Notes: generated from the sequence alone by a model not told the origin. 64,000 nucleotides of DNA from an uncultured virus (IMG/VR IMGVR_UViG_3300028854_000017) (IMGVR_UViG_3300028854_000017), one strand, 5' to 3'; positions 44,064-55,000 are shown, numbered from the stretch's first letter. Made by a program: numbers and translations.

Positions 44064-46855
44064 AACTTTCCCTCCAGTACTTGAGCCGGTGGCCCACCCT
44101 TCTTCGACAAACCTTGTCTCAGACTGATACAAATCGCTTTAGCTGCTTTCATATCATGCATCGAGGCAAATGCTCCACAGGATAATAAAATCTCTTGTGC
44201 CTTTATGTTCACCACTCGCCTATTTTCCAGTCTGTTGAAGAAGTCATCGAAACTAAGAAATTGAACTTCACCTCTGGTTTTCAATACAGCGTCTATAACA
44301 GCATCACCGATTCCTGAAATCTCATTAAATCCAGCTCTAAGAGCCTTTTTTCCATTCGGTAGAATTTCAACACTGCACAATTTATGAGACCGATTGATAC
44401 ACGTTGGAAGGTATTGGACATCCTCTCTCCCAACTTCCTTACGGAGGTCTGGTCTGTCTTCATCCTTGGAATGGGCTATCTGTGCCGATAGAAATTCACA
44501 TGGAAAATGGGTTCTAAGCCACATGGCGTAGTAACTAACAAGAGTGTAAGTCGTAGCGTGCGATTTATTGAAACAATATCTTCCGAAATCAACAATTTCG
44601 CTGAACAGTTCGTTAGCAGCGGCATCTGAAAGTTTTCCAAAGCTTATGCATCCTTCCACAAATTTCAAACGATCTTTCTCGATTTCTTCCTTGCCCTTAG
44701 ATTTAGAAATCTTTTTACGAAGTGTATCAGATTCAGGATATGTATATCCTGCCACTTCTACAGCTATCTGCATCACCTGTTCCTGATAGATGAACACTCC
44801 GTATGTATCTCGAGTGATTTTATCCAAAGCAGCATTTCCAGTAGACTTTATCAAATTTGGAGTTTTTTTGTTCTTTACGTAAGTATCCTTAAACTGCAAT
44901 GGACCCGGGCGATACATTGCATTAGCTGTAATTAGCGTGTTGATGTCGTGTGGTGCCATTTCACGAAGCATTTTTCTCATACCCGGTGACTCAAACTGAA
45001 ACACTCCAGTAGTTTGACCCATATTGAACTGCATGAGTGTTGGCTTATCTTCCAAATCTATCTTCTGAAAATCTAGTTCTTTACCAGATGTTTCCTCAAT
45101 CATTTTCTTAGTGTATTCGAGTACTGAAACGGTCTTAGAACCCAACACATCTACTTTTAGAAGCCCTAAGAACCCGACATCATACATATCGTAGTTGATG
45201 GTGTATTCGCCTTTTCTATATTCAACAGCAACACGGTTCTCTAGAGGTTCAGAGCTAACAATCACACCACCAGGATGGATACCAGTTTGTCTAACTTGTC
45301 CTTCGAGAACTTTAGCAACTTCCAAAATAGAGAAGTTTTTTTCCTTAAAAGCAGCATATTGCGGGTATTTTTCAGGCTCATCTTCGACTTTTTGCAATGT
45401 TAGTTTAGCCTTGTCTTGTTTGGCTGTTTTTTCATCTATCTCTTTGCACACAACATCAACTACTTTTAAGTCTATCTCTTCATAACGGCAAACATCTTTC
45501 AAAACCTGTTTGGTGTTCATACCGTTGAACGTGGCTATGTGAGCTACATGCTTATAGGTCTGCAATAAATACTGATAAACTTCATCACGCCTATCGTGTT
45601 CGAAATCTAGGTCGAGGTCGGGAAGGTCGATACGCTCAGGGTTTATGAAACGTTCAAAAATGAGTCCATAGGTAAGTGGATCGGCGTTTGTAATGCCCAG
45701 TAAATAACACACCAGTGAACCAGCACCAGAACCACGCCCCGGACCATAGGCGATACCAACAGAATCACAATATCGATAAATGTCTTGCACTAATAGAAAA
45801 TACTTTTCAAAATTCAGCTTTATAACTGTATCTAATTCCTTTGTCAACCTTTCCCAATATGGCTTCCCTTTTTCGCTGGTAAATGCCATATCAGGAAAGC
45901 GTTTCTTCCACCCCTGAACACACAAAATCTTCAATGCTTGTACTTGGTCGCTTGTTCCCAAAGAAGTCGTATTTACGTTCGGTAGTTCTACTTCAAAATT
46001 TGGCAAAGACCAATTACACTTCTCGGCAACCTCAACTGTGTTTAGAACAGCTGCATTTACCAACTGAGACGACAAAACACTCTTTTGCATTCCGAGAAAC
46101 GAATCTATCATCTCTGGGTAAGTCTTCATCCACAAACCCGGCGTAAAATCCCACTTATTATCGCTTGATTTAGTTTGCTTCCGAGCCGTAGCTAACAAAC
46201 ACTCTTGAGCGTGACAATCTTCAGCGTTAGCGTAGTGAAAATCATTCGTGGCAATAAGCTTCCTGCCGAATCTATTCGCCAGTTGCAGTGCTTTCATGTT
46301 CGTATTGTATTGGAGGTCGAATTGGTGAGGTTGAACTTCGAAGTAGAAATCTTCCTTGAATGTTTCATTAAACATCTCAGCTTTCTTCACATAATCATCA
46401 TGTGAAAGCATCCCACCAACACAAGCCGTAGATATTACACAATCTTTCAGAGCGAGAGTGTCATTCCACCCAACACGAGGCTTGTAGTAGAAACCATCCT
46501 TTGAATAAGCCTTTGTAAGAAGCTTTTGGAGCGACACAAACCCGTCCCAGCTCTTAGCCAGAACGATAGTATGATATAAGTCTTCACGTTCTTTCTTGAC
46601 ATTTTCAGGCTTGCGATACAGCACATCATCCACTATATAAATTTCGCACCCTAAAATTGGTTTTATGCCATTCTTCTTACATTCTCTAGCGAACTTAAGC
46701 CCACCACTGACCGTACCATGATCAGTCTGCGCCAGCGCCTTAAATCCCTTTTTCTTAGCTTGTGCAACAACGTGTTCCACGGTGCCAACAGCATCAAGCT
46801 GTGAATATTCAGAATGTGCATGGAGATGAACCAAGTTTTCATTACTATCGCTCAT
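44057..46855 (-). CDS. dnaE: DNA polymerase III alpha subunit (932 aa, no C-terminal OB domain)
   Basis: HLHAHSEYS.LD, TDHG, GRGSGAGSL, PDLDLDF, LLKVDVLG, GVFQFE, FNKSHA. Confidence 0.95.
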   Translation of the reverse strand: MSDSNENLVHLHAHSEYSQLDAVGTVEHVVAQAKKKGFKALAQTDHGTVSGGLKFARECKKNGIKPILGCEIYIVDDVLYRKPENVKKEREDLYHTIVLAKSWDGFVSLQKLLTKAYSKDGFYYKPRVGWNDTLALKDCVISTACVGGMLSHDDYVKKAEMFNETFKEDFYFEVQPHQFDLQYNTNMKALQLANRFGRKLIATNDFHYANAEDCHAQECLLATARKQTKSSDNKWDFTPGLWMKTYPEMIDSFLGMQKSVLSSQLVNAAVLNTVEVAEKCNWSLPNFEVELPNVNTTSLGTSDQVQALKILCVQGWKKRFPDMAFTSEKGKPYWERLTKELDTVIKLNFEKYFLLVQDIYRYCDSVGIAYGPGRGSGAGSLVCYLLGITNADPLTYGLIFERFINPERIDLPDLDLDFEHDRRDEVYQYLLQTYKHVAHIATFNGMNTKQVLKDVCRYEEIDLKVVDVVCKEIDEKTAKQDKAKLTLQKVEDEPEKYPQYAAFKEKNFSILEVAKVLEGQVRQTGIHPGGVIVSSEPLENRVAVEYRKGEYTINYDMYDVGFLGLLKVDVLGSKTVSVLEYTKKMIEETSGKELDFQKIDLEDKPTLMQFNMGQTTGVFQFESPGMRKMLREMAPHDINTLITANAMYRPGPLQFKDTYVKNKKTPNLIKSTGNAALDKITRDTYGVFIYQEQVMQIAVEVAGYTYPESDTLRKKISKSKGKEEIEKDRLKFVEGCISFGKLSDAAANELFSEIVDFGRYCFNKSHATTYTLVSYYAMWLRTHFPCEFLSAQIAHSKDEDRPDLRKEVGREDVQYLPTCINRSHKLCSVEILPNGKKALRAGFNEISGIGDAVIDAVLKTRGEVQFLSFDDFFNRLENRRVVNIKAQEILLSCGAFASMHDMKAAKAICISLRQGLSKKGGPPAQVLEGKLW

Positions 46856-46858
46856 TAC

Positions 46859-47095
46859 TCAACCTTTTTTCTTTATGTGCAAAAGCTCGTCTATCACGGC
46901 AAAATCTTTAACCTTCTTAATAGCCTTTGACTCTTTTTTGATTTCGTCCATCAGAGCTTTCGCTTGTAGTGATATTCTCCACAAAGCGTTAATAGATTCA
47001 ATTTTATTGTATTTCTTTCCATACGTACGGAACAATTCGTAGTTATGTCTGAACTTTCTGAATTCAGTCGTCAAATCGTCGCTCAATTTACTCAT
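46859..47095 (-). CDS. basic hypothetical protein
   Basis: Start revised to MSKLSDD. Confidence 0.55.
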   Translation of the reverse strand: MSKLSDDLTTEFRKFRHNYELFRTYGKKYNKIESINALWRISLQAKALMDEIKKESKAIKKVKDFAVIDELLHIKKKG

Positions 47096-47828
47096 TAGCG
47101 TCAACCCAATCCATAAGAGGTGCCCCCTCAACTCGAGTCACTAGTTTTCCTTTTTTATTGGTTTTTTCGATTATGCCACAACCATCAAGCCTTTGGGTGC
47201 CTGTTTCGTAATGAATAGGGTCTATTTCAACGCCAATATACCCCATACCCAATGATTTCGCTCCCATACACGTACTAAACGAGCCTGCAAATGGGTCAAG
47301 GATTACGTCGCCTTCCTTGTTATATTGGCTCAGTGCCTTCCGTACCAGTTCGATAGGCTTCTCGGTAGGGTGCAACGTGTTGATGTGTCTGGCGATGTTC
47401 CACACGTTGCTGGGGGCAGCTTCAAGAAGCAGATTTGGTTCACCTTTACTTACCACCCATATGTACTCGTGTTGGGGGCGAAATTGGTAACCTATGCCAA
47501 AATTTGTCTTAGCCCAGACTACCTGATTAACGATTTCGAACCCGACATCTGTCAATACTTCATGAAACACATGAGAACATTGCCAATTGCAGCAAAACCA
47601 TGCAACCTTGTTATGTTTTAGTACCCGATAGCAATGATGTATCACTGAACTAAGCCATTGCTTGAATTCTTCCGGAGCAATATTGTCGTTAGCTATGATG
47701 TCATGCGTTTTTCGCTGAGGAACAAGGTTTATGTTAAATGGAGGGTCGGTCATAATCCCATCCACAGAACAATCTTGAATCGTTGGTAGCACGTTCACAC
47801 AATCATCGTTATATGTTTCTTGAGTCAT
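47088..47828 (-). CDS. beta-class DNA amino-methyltransferase (probably N6-adenine)
   Basis: TDPPF, HPTEKP, DPFAGS. Confidence 0.9.
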   Translation of the reverse strand: MTQETYNDDCVNVLPTIQDCSVDGIMTDPPFNINLVPQRKTHDIIANDNIAPEEFKQWLSSVIHHCYRVLKHNKVAWFCCNWQCSHVFHEVLTDVGFEIVNQVVWAKTNFGIGYQFRPQHEYIWVVSKGEPNLLLEAAPSNVWNIARHINTLHPTEKPIELVRKALSQYNKEGDVILDPFAGSFSTCMGAKSLGMGYIGVEIDPIHYETGTQRLDGCGIIEKTNKKGKLVTRVEGAPLMDWVDANE

Positions 47829-47831
47829 TGG

Positions 47832-48242
47832 CTACTGTCTTTCCATCCGATTCTTAACCCATTCGCTTAATCTCTTAGACACTTTAGCAAATGGTCCTTT
47901 GACGCGATCATCAATCAAATTACCGCTTTCCTGTGCGTCTAGAAGAATACCTAAGCAAGCTCTTGCGTGTCCGAGATGGTGAACACCAGAATCTTCAGCT
48001 ACTTCGTCGCCTTCAAGCCATCCGTCTAAGTGACGCTTACAGGCATCGATATAAACCCTAGCACGAACATCTTTCGCGCGCCAATTTCTAAACCCATATT
48101 TTATTTCTCCATCAAGCATCGCACAAGCTTCATGAGCGATAGCGGCTGGAGATACAGCTCCCATCGGAACCTTCTTAAAACCTAAAATGTCTTTAGGGTT
48201 GGTCGAATCTGCTTTCGAAACTGCTCCATTATCTTTATTCAT
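47832..48242 (-). CDS. DUF5664-like dATP/dGTP diphosphohydrolase domain protein
   Basis: NPKD..G..K, G..KYG..NWR, Y.DA..RHL, DSG.HHL.HA.ACL.IL.DA. Confidence 0.75.
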   Translation of the reverse strand: MNKDNGAVSKADSTNPKDILGFKKVPMGAVSPAAIAHEACAMLDGEIKYGFRNWRAKDVRARVYIDACKRHLDGWLEGDEVAEDSGVHHLGHARACLGILLDAQESGNLIDDRVKGPFAKVSKRLSEWVKNRMERQ

Positions 48243-48765
48243 ATTGTTTTTCCTTATGCTTTTTAATGTATTCAAGACTTCTATGAACCAAATCAGACTC
48301 CAACTGCCCTAATCGCATATTACATCCATGGCAGAGCGCCTCTCTGACGCACTTTTCGCAACTTCTACCAGCAGGACAACAAGAATGATCATGATCTAAA
48401 CACAAACCTATAGAGTCTTCCAAACCACAGATAGCACATTTTTCATTCTGCTTGATGCGCATTTCATCTAGTTTCTTCTTTGCCCAGCTTCTAGCTACAT
48501 ATTCAGGACCGCTTCCAGTAGGAACACCTTTAGATATCCTAATAGTTCCAAACTTGTCTCCAATCTTCTTATTTCTTCTTAGATAATAGTATCTACTCAT
48601 ACAGCTGGAGCATCTTCCATATCTGTCTTTTATTCTGTCTGTATGAGTACATGGAGCAGTTGGGTTCTGCGTCTATTCCCAACATTCTCTGCACATCCCA
48701 AAATAATGATTTAGTTCACTTGGATGACATCTTGCAAGTTTTATTCTTCGTGTCACGTGTGGCAT
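48235..48765 (-). pseudogene. endonuclease VII-family nuclease interrupted by an in-frame TAG (48673-48675)
   Basis: ATG 48765 with GGAG; MPHV...CHP...HY.GMC..CWE*TQNPT...C.H......GRCSSCMSRY... in frame with the CAIC/DHDH/LCHGCN domain. Confidence 0.7.
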
Positions 48766-48774
48766 CTCCAATAT

Positions 48775-48785
48775 ATTCTACCCGG
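48775..48785 (-). promoter_or_regulatory. CCGGGTAGAAT promoter motif (variant)
   Basis: One mismatch; directly after the upstream stop codon. Confidence 0.7.
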
Positions 48786-49124
48786 TTAGTATTTTGCCAT
48801 CTTCTTGATATACATCTTGTAATTTCCACACAAATCTTCAATCTTCCCGAATATTCTTGCGTATTCATCTTCTGTAACCGGCTCATCCCAAAGATGATAT
48901 AAATAGAACTTGCTTCCGTTTACCAACTCGACATAATCAACCATTCCATTAAGTGGATAGCTGTATCTCCCATCTACACCATTGTCGATGAAATCTTCCA
49001 GTTGATAGGCTGATATGGAACCGCAAGCAGAACACAACCCAGTCCAGAATTGAGCAACCTTGCCTAGATACTGTTTAGATACACAACGGCATCTTTCATT
49101 GATCTGTATCACTTGTTTGGGCAT
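48786..49124 (-). CDS. hypothetical protein
   Basis: 112 aa; CRC...CSAC. Confidence 0.65.
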   Translation of the reverse strand: MPKQVIQINERCRCVSKQYLGKVAQFWTGLCSACGSISAYQLEDFIDNGVDGRYSYPLNGMVDYVELVNGSKFYLYHLWDEPVTEDEYARIFGKIEDLCGNYKMYIKKMAKY

Positions 49125-49296
49125 AGTTTTCCTCGATTACATCGCGTCCATTTGCGAATTCAAGCCCCATCAGGCAGGCTTCGCATTGAATATCGTTGAT
49201 ATTAGACAGAGCCGCGTACCAATTAGCACGCGGATGTCTAATGCAATGAACTTTGTTGAATTGTTCGGTTACTGGGATTACCTGTTCCATCATCAA
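49096..49296 (-). CDS. hypothetical protein
   Basis: C..H...CEAC. Confidence 0.55.
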   Translation of the reverse strand: MMMEQVIPVTEQFNKVHCIRHPRANWYAALSNINDIQCEACLMGLEFANGRDVIEENYAQTSDTDQ

Positions 49297-49317
49297 ACTT
49301 TCTGCTAATCACGATTA

Positions 49318-50661
49318 TTAAATCGCTCCAGCTCTCTTAGACTTTTCCATTCCTGCAACCACAGCCGTTGATTCATCATCACGTACGAATCCTCTAAGCT
49401 CAGCGTTTTTGATAGAGTCTATAACGTCTTGAGAGTCTCTAATTTCGGTAGCTTCCATATCACGGAAGTAGAATCTCCCATTCACATTAACAAACGGTTC
49501 AGTGAACATAACGTGGTTGAGCTGTACCTTTTCGTTGATAGCGTCGACGTACGCAATGGCAAACGAATTTTGCCAGTTTGTTTTCGTAGATGTGTAGTCA
49601 GAATCCAACTTGCACATACACCCAGTAGTCAGCTTATTAATCGGTCCTTGCAGCAGATGAACTTCGGTTGCAAGGCCCGGACGGTGTAGGTGTCCACTCA
49701 CGGTCGTCACGCCAAAATCTTCATATCCAGTGTGATTGCACACCAAGCAATTGAAATACAACTTGAAGTTCTTAGCCATTTCGTCTTTGATTTCCTTGGC
49801 TTTGAAAGCAGTTGTGTTCCCTTTGGATACAAGATTAATCTGGAATTTATCTAACCCTAGCAACTCTGCCAGAGACAGATTCATTAGTTCCATCAGTGCA
49901 GCCATGTTTTCAGTCTTAGACGCCATATGCTTCAGAAGACGATGTTCGTGGTTACCAACTACGAAGTCAATTTGAGACTTCGGACAAGCTTCACGCAACG
50001 GACCCAAGATACAATCTCTAACGAACTCCATGCGTAGTCTCAACTTTATTTTGCGAGGGTCTCTATCGAAGTGAGAAAATTCATACAGGTCGAATATATC
50101 ACCGTTTAGTACGATTATATCTGGTTGCTCAACTCTGCACGTGTCGATAAAAACAGATAAGCAAAACAGATCAGTATCGATATCGTGGAAATCAGAAGCG
50201 ATGATCATCTTCTTCATACCAGCAACATTCGTGATAGTTTTGTTGTATTTCTCCACCCACGGTTCTATCTCAAGCCTATAGAACTTTCGTGATTCATCCA
50301 GAGCGGCGTGTTTTGCAATATGTTTTTCAAGTTGTCTTTGACTGCGACTTAATTGAATCCCGGCTCCAGAGCGAAACTCTTCCATAGTACCGAAATATTG
50401 ATCCCATGTTTTATCAGAATACTTACCGTTGGTGCGGTAAAAGTTTCGAGCCATGAAGGTATCGTTATTCTCCAACTGGAGCCTTCTAAGGTCGTTTACA
50501 ACATCTTCTCTAGTCGCTGTTGGGTCGAACTTCTTTCCACGCTCAGCTAACATTGCTCTTTGTCCTTGAGTTAGCTTTGGTTCTTTATTTGTAGCTTTGA
50601 TTGCAACCTTGGATGTTACTTTGTTGCTCTTTTTAATCGAGGACTTCACTGGCTTACCCAC
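49318..50661 (-). CDS. calcineurin-like phosphoesterase with a basic N-terminal DNA-binding-like region
   Basis: ASDFH, NGDIFD, GNHE, SGHLH; GGAGG SD. Confidence 0.8.
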   Translation of the reverse strand: MGKPVKSSIKKSNKVTSKVAIKATNKEPKLTQGQRAMLAERGKKFDPTATREDVVNDLRRLQLENNDTFMARNFYRTNGKYSDKTWDQYFGTMEEFRSGAGIQLSRSQRQLEKHIAKHAALDESRKFYRLEIEPWVEKYNKTITNVAGMKKMIIASDFHDIDTDLFCLSVFIDTCRVEQPDIIVLNGDIFDLYEFSHFDRDPRKIKLRLRMEFVRDCILGPLREACPKSQIDFVVGNHEHRLLKHMASKTENMAALMELMNLSLAELLGLDKFQINLVSKGNTTAFKAKEIKDEMAKNFKLYFNCLVCNHTGYEDFGVTTVSGHLHRPGLATEVHLLQGPINKLTTGCMCKLDSDYTSTKTNWQNSFAIAYVDAINEKVQLNHVMFTEPFVNVNGRFYFRDMEATEIRDSQDVIDSIKNAELRGFVRDDESTAVVAGMEKSKRAGAI

Positions 50662-50691
50662 ACAGATTACCTCCGAAGTTGCTTATGTTTG

Positions 50692-50702
50692 ATTATACCC
50701 GG
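50692..50702 (-). promoter_or_regulatory. CCGGGTATAAT promoter motif
   Basis: Exact motif at the boundary between the virion block and the replication block. Confidence 0.85.
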
Positions 50703-50714
50703 AGCAACTTGGCA

Positions 50715-50930
50715 CTACCAACTCACAAATATCTTTGTCAATCTGTTGCGCAAATGCTCTTTAATCGAGTTATTGTTTTCGTTGGATTGTAGGTCGTTGC
50801 ACACTACATGAAATTTATCCAAGCTCTTCTCTAGCTCTTCTTTACTTGTTTTTAAATGTGTAAAAACACACGAAGTTGTAGCACCAGTCTCGACTTTCAC
50901 AATCACACTCCTATGATTCCTTGGTTGCAT
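50715..50930 (-). CDS. hypothetical protein
   Basis: 71-aa ORF. Confidence 0.5.
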   Translation of the reverse strand: MQPRNHRSVIVKVETGATTSCVFTHLKTSKEELEKSLDKFHVVCNDLQSNENNNSIKEHLRNRLTKIFVSW

Positions 50931-51366
50931 CTTTGATGATGTCCAACATTCTGTTTATAACTTGTTGCAATCCGTTAGTAGCCGACAATTGGTTTTGAGC
51001 GACCAATTCCATTTGATGTCCTAGAGCAGCGAGCTTCTCTGCTAACACATTTAAATCGTCGCCATTGTCTACTTCTATTTTTTTAACCTCTTCGATTTTT
51101 TTCCAAGATTCTTTCTGCCACACTTGAATATCTTTTGTCTTCTGAACAATGTCTACAACAGAAGCAAGGATGCTCACCAAATTAGCAGTCATCGCTTCAT
51201 GGCTTTTATTACTTGCTTTAGTTTCCTTGCTGTTAAGGAAATTTGTAATTGACGACCATACAAACAACCCAACCGAAATGACTGCCAACGATACAGCTTT
51301 TCCATCTGTAACCAGTGGTAATACAGTCGGCATTTGCATAAGCATGAGGTCGGGCATGATATACAC
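50911..51366 (-). CDS. membrane-anchored coiled-coil protein (possible holin/lysis accessory)
   Basis: One TM segment (AVSLAVISVGLFVWSSI) then coiled coil; sits after the tail genes. Confidence 0.5.
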   Translation of the reverse strand: MYIMPDLMLMQMPTVLPLVTDGKAVSLAVISVGLFVWSSITNFLNSKETKASNKSHEAMTANLVSILASVVDIVQKTKDIQVWQKESWKKIEEVKKIEVDNGDDLNVLAEKLAALGHQMELVAQNQLSATNGLQQVINRMLDIIKDATKES

Positions 51367-51370
51367 CTTC

Positions 51371-52039
51371 TTAGAAGAATATAGAAAAACTGTAAACTGG
51401 TATTATCGATTTCGTATCGTTAGATAGTTTGAAGACGAATCTGTTATGTGTATCAGACAATTCGATAGACGGACCACCATCTATAAACGTATCACCACCA
51501 TCAAAACTATATTGTAGCGATAACCCTGAAAAATCGTAAGTATCACCAGCTTCAATATTCACATTTAATTGCTTAACGTCACCTGTAAAGATTGGATGGA
51601 ATGTTAAAAAACCGCCATCTGGGATTTGAACACACTTTACGTTGAATGCCGCTGCATGAATGTCATCCAATGATGATGAATCTAGAAATTCATCAAACCA
51701 ATATTGCTTTCCGTTAGCCAATGTATTGTACTTTGCGTTGATTACGTCTTGCACATTTATTGATGATGGGTCTGATAATAGATTCGCTTGCCGCGTCTTA
51801 ACTACCGGCTCCATAGATGGAACATTTTCGCGATAATTGGTTGTTGCCGATATCACCTCAACCCCATCGCTTTTAAGAAACAGTAGACGTCCTAGCGAGT
51901 CTATTTTTTGTGTATATACAGTATGCGAAACTGACACAGATTTTATAGAATCTGGGCAATGTATGAAAGCTCCATTGCCCTTCCCGTTTCCAACATCAAC
52001 ACTCGCGATCCGAAGATTACTGTCAAAAAATACGTTCAT
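51371..52039 (-). CDS. probable virion/tail-associated protein
   Basis: Beta-rich, YSFDGG; follows the fibre gene. Confidence 0.55.
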   Translation of the reverse strand: MNVFFDSNLRIASVDVGNGKGNGAFIHCPDSIKSVSVSHTVYTQKIDSLGRLLFLKSDGVEVISATTNYRENVPSMEPVVKTRQANLLSDPSSINVQDVINAKYNTLANGKQYWFDEFLDSSSLDDIHAAAFNVKCVQIPDGGFLTFHPIFTGDVKQLNVNIEAGDTYDFSGLSLQYSFDGGDTFIDGGPSIELSDTHNRFVFKLSNDTKSIIPVYSFSIFF

Positions 52040-52049
52040 TGTCTAATCC

Positions 52050-55000
52050 TTAATAACGAACAATAGGTCTGTTTTGAAGTCTGAAAATATCGATGGCAGT
52101 CGTTACATTGGTTTGCCCATTCAGCTGACTTGATGTTGATGTGTTGTAGGTATTTATTACAACCATAACGATTTCACCCTTAATCAAATCAGGTATAACT
52201 GGTGTTATTCCGTTATTTTGTAGGTCGCCAGAAGCAACCGCTAAGAACGCTCCAACAACACACTTATTAACAGCTTGAGTTTGAATGGAATTAGCAATTA
52301 CGCTGTCATACCCATAATTATCAACATACCGTTGTAATGTGTTGATACCCCTTATGCTGTACGCTGCAGCTGTCAACTGCGAGATAAGAATTTGAGAGCC
52401 AGATATGTTAATGGTTGATGAGTTACCCTCAGAGCCAACCAATCCAGCGGTTGATGTGGTTAAGAGAGGTGAATTGTCATATCCGCTGATCGTAAAGTTT
52501 GTTCCACTGCAGGCCCATTCACCAATGGTGTTTGTTCCGTCGTTAGATGGCATCGGAAGGTTAACCAAAGCGCCATTAAGTAGATCAGAAACAACTGTAT
52601 TTCGTCCACCAGTTCCCAAGGTGTTGATGTATAGAGTAATCGGTGTCAAAGCCTTGAGATGATACGCAATCGGCGTACTGCCCTGACTAGCGATTATTCC
52701 TTGATAAGCCTTGAAATTGTACCACAATTTCAATGTATCGGTCGGGTTACCACCTACAACAATTTCAAACTGGCGAAGTGGGAAATCACATGCACCCATG
52801 AACTTATTTGTCTTAACCACACGGTAGTTATTGGTATCGGATATGTAGATACCACCAATCGTGTCCAGAAAGAAACCAGTTGGATGGTTCAGATGTGATG
52901 TATCGGTTCCAACAATGCCTGTTACGCCATATTGTCCGACATAAATAAGGTTGTTGTTGAGCCTTACGATTCGATGATTATTAGTGTCGGCTACATAGAT
53001 GTAGCCATCAGCGCCATATTCTATATTGGATGGGCTGTTAAGTGCGTAGTTGCTCGCTCCGCTTGTCAAAACAGAACCAAACCTGGCAGAGAAAGAACCA
53101 CCACTGGTATATCTGGCAACACTATGCCCTGTCGTGATCCAGTAATTTCCAGAAGCATCCACTGTCACACAATTTATAGCATTAGCCAATCCAGTAACCG
53201 GAGTTGCGCTGTATGTGAACGAACTTAGATTAACTTCAACCACGCGATTATTCAAACTATCGGCGATAAAAAGGTTTGTGCTGTTTATATTCATCCCAAG
53301 CGGCGTGTTCAAATGTGAAGAATCAGAGCCAGCAACACCAGTGTTGAAAAGCGGTGTTCCAACAATAGCTAACGAGTTCGATAACTTAACAAGTCTGTGG
53401 TTCATAGTGTCAGATATGTAAACATTGTTACTGCTATCGATTGCAATTCCTTGAGGGCTATTGAGATGCGATGTATCGTTTCCAGATACGCCTGTTTGAC
53501 CAAACTGTGCTTGGAATACAAATGCCGAGCTATACTTCAATATTCTGTGGTTTCCAGTATCGACTACAAAAATGTTTCCAGCTGTATCGGTTGCAACCCC
53601 GTTTGCCAAAGCAAAATTGTTATTGCCTGTTCCAACATTTCCAGTACCGATTACACCTACAGTGTAATCTGTGCCTGATATATTGGCATCCTGAGCCACA
53701 ATGTTGTATGGGCGATGGTTTAACCCATTTCCAGCTGGATAGTAAATCCCGAACACAGAAACTACTCCATTAGCTAACGCAGCGGCAGACCATTGCGTTC
53801 CGGGAGTAATTCTAAACGTCGAGCTAACTGTTCCCAACCCGCTCCATACACCTGTCACTGCGATACCAGTACTGAACTCATAAACAATGATTGAATATCC
53901 GTTCGGAAAACCACCAGCATCAGATTGATTAGTGCTATTTGTCATTGTTTTTATAGCAGCGCCAGTCGGATTCTTAAGACCACTGGTGCTGAGTGTAAAC
54001 AATAAAGGTGATGATGCACTGTTTACTGTTTGTGTCGCTGTAACAGTCAAAAGAGCAGAGTTTAGAACTTTATTCGTTCCGATAGATATCGGGCTGCTGT
54101 TTTGTTTAAATAGATTGGCAGCACCAGTTGTAGTTCCGGCGTATACATTGTAATATGAAGCCCCGGTTACTGCTGCAGGGCTTGAGATTGTCAGCGTTCC
54201 GTTAGTACCCATTGCCAAAGAAGCTTCATTAGCGCCATTGGTTTCATATAAGCCAGTTGCATCTGTACAGTAGGTCAAACGAACATATATTGTTATTCCG
54301 TTTAATGTTCCACCAGCCGAAGCAGCGAGTGCTGGAACAGCTGGAGGATTAACATTCCAAGGTAGTAAACTCGCCGTAGGAATAACAGTAGCAGCCGTGT
54401 AGTTCCATTCAGTTTGCTGTAAAACAGCAGCATCGGAATAGATTCTGCGTTGATAATTGTATTGAGAGAATCCCAAGTAGTACGGCACAGATGAAGAATT
54501 CAACTCTTGAGCAATTAATGGAGCCGTGCTTCTATAAGCAGCGTCGTTACCAGTACCGTCTCCAACACCAAAAAGACTGTTCGAATTACCTCTTAAAAGC
54601 TTGTCGAAATTGTCTTGTAACAAGGATGGAAAATCCCATTGCTGTTGTATTAGAGCTTGGTGTCTAAGACTTAAAAGGTCTCCAACCACAATTTGATCGG
54701 CATAAAGATGATCAGGTCGTCCCGAAATTCCAGAAGCAATCGTTCCACCACTAGGACCAGACGCCGCACATCCATCTCTGTTTGAATCAGCATAAATACC
54801 AGTATTTCTACGATATATAGCAGCGATAGGAATAGCGTATGAATATCCGTCGATTGTTCCCAATGTCGCCTTAGCTGTAGTTGAACCGTCACCAGCCACG
54901 TATAACCCCGGATCGGTAGCAGATACGGAGAAAGTATAAGGAGTAGCAGCTCCTGAAGCACCGAAAGCCTTCACAACAGATGTTTGACTAACGCCATCAG

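Noticed and set aside
43455..46855. dnaE as a split-intein or frameshifted gene
   Set aside because: The DnaE C-terminus has no N-intein block. The downstream ORF has its own SD and ATG, lacks splicing residues and carries no DnaE C-extein.
47832..48242. Z-genome or 7-deazaguanine system
   Set aside because: No purZ, datZ, queC/D/E, folE or dpdA is visible in this window; a DUF5664-like gene alone is insufficient.
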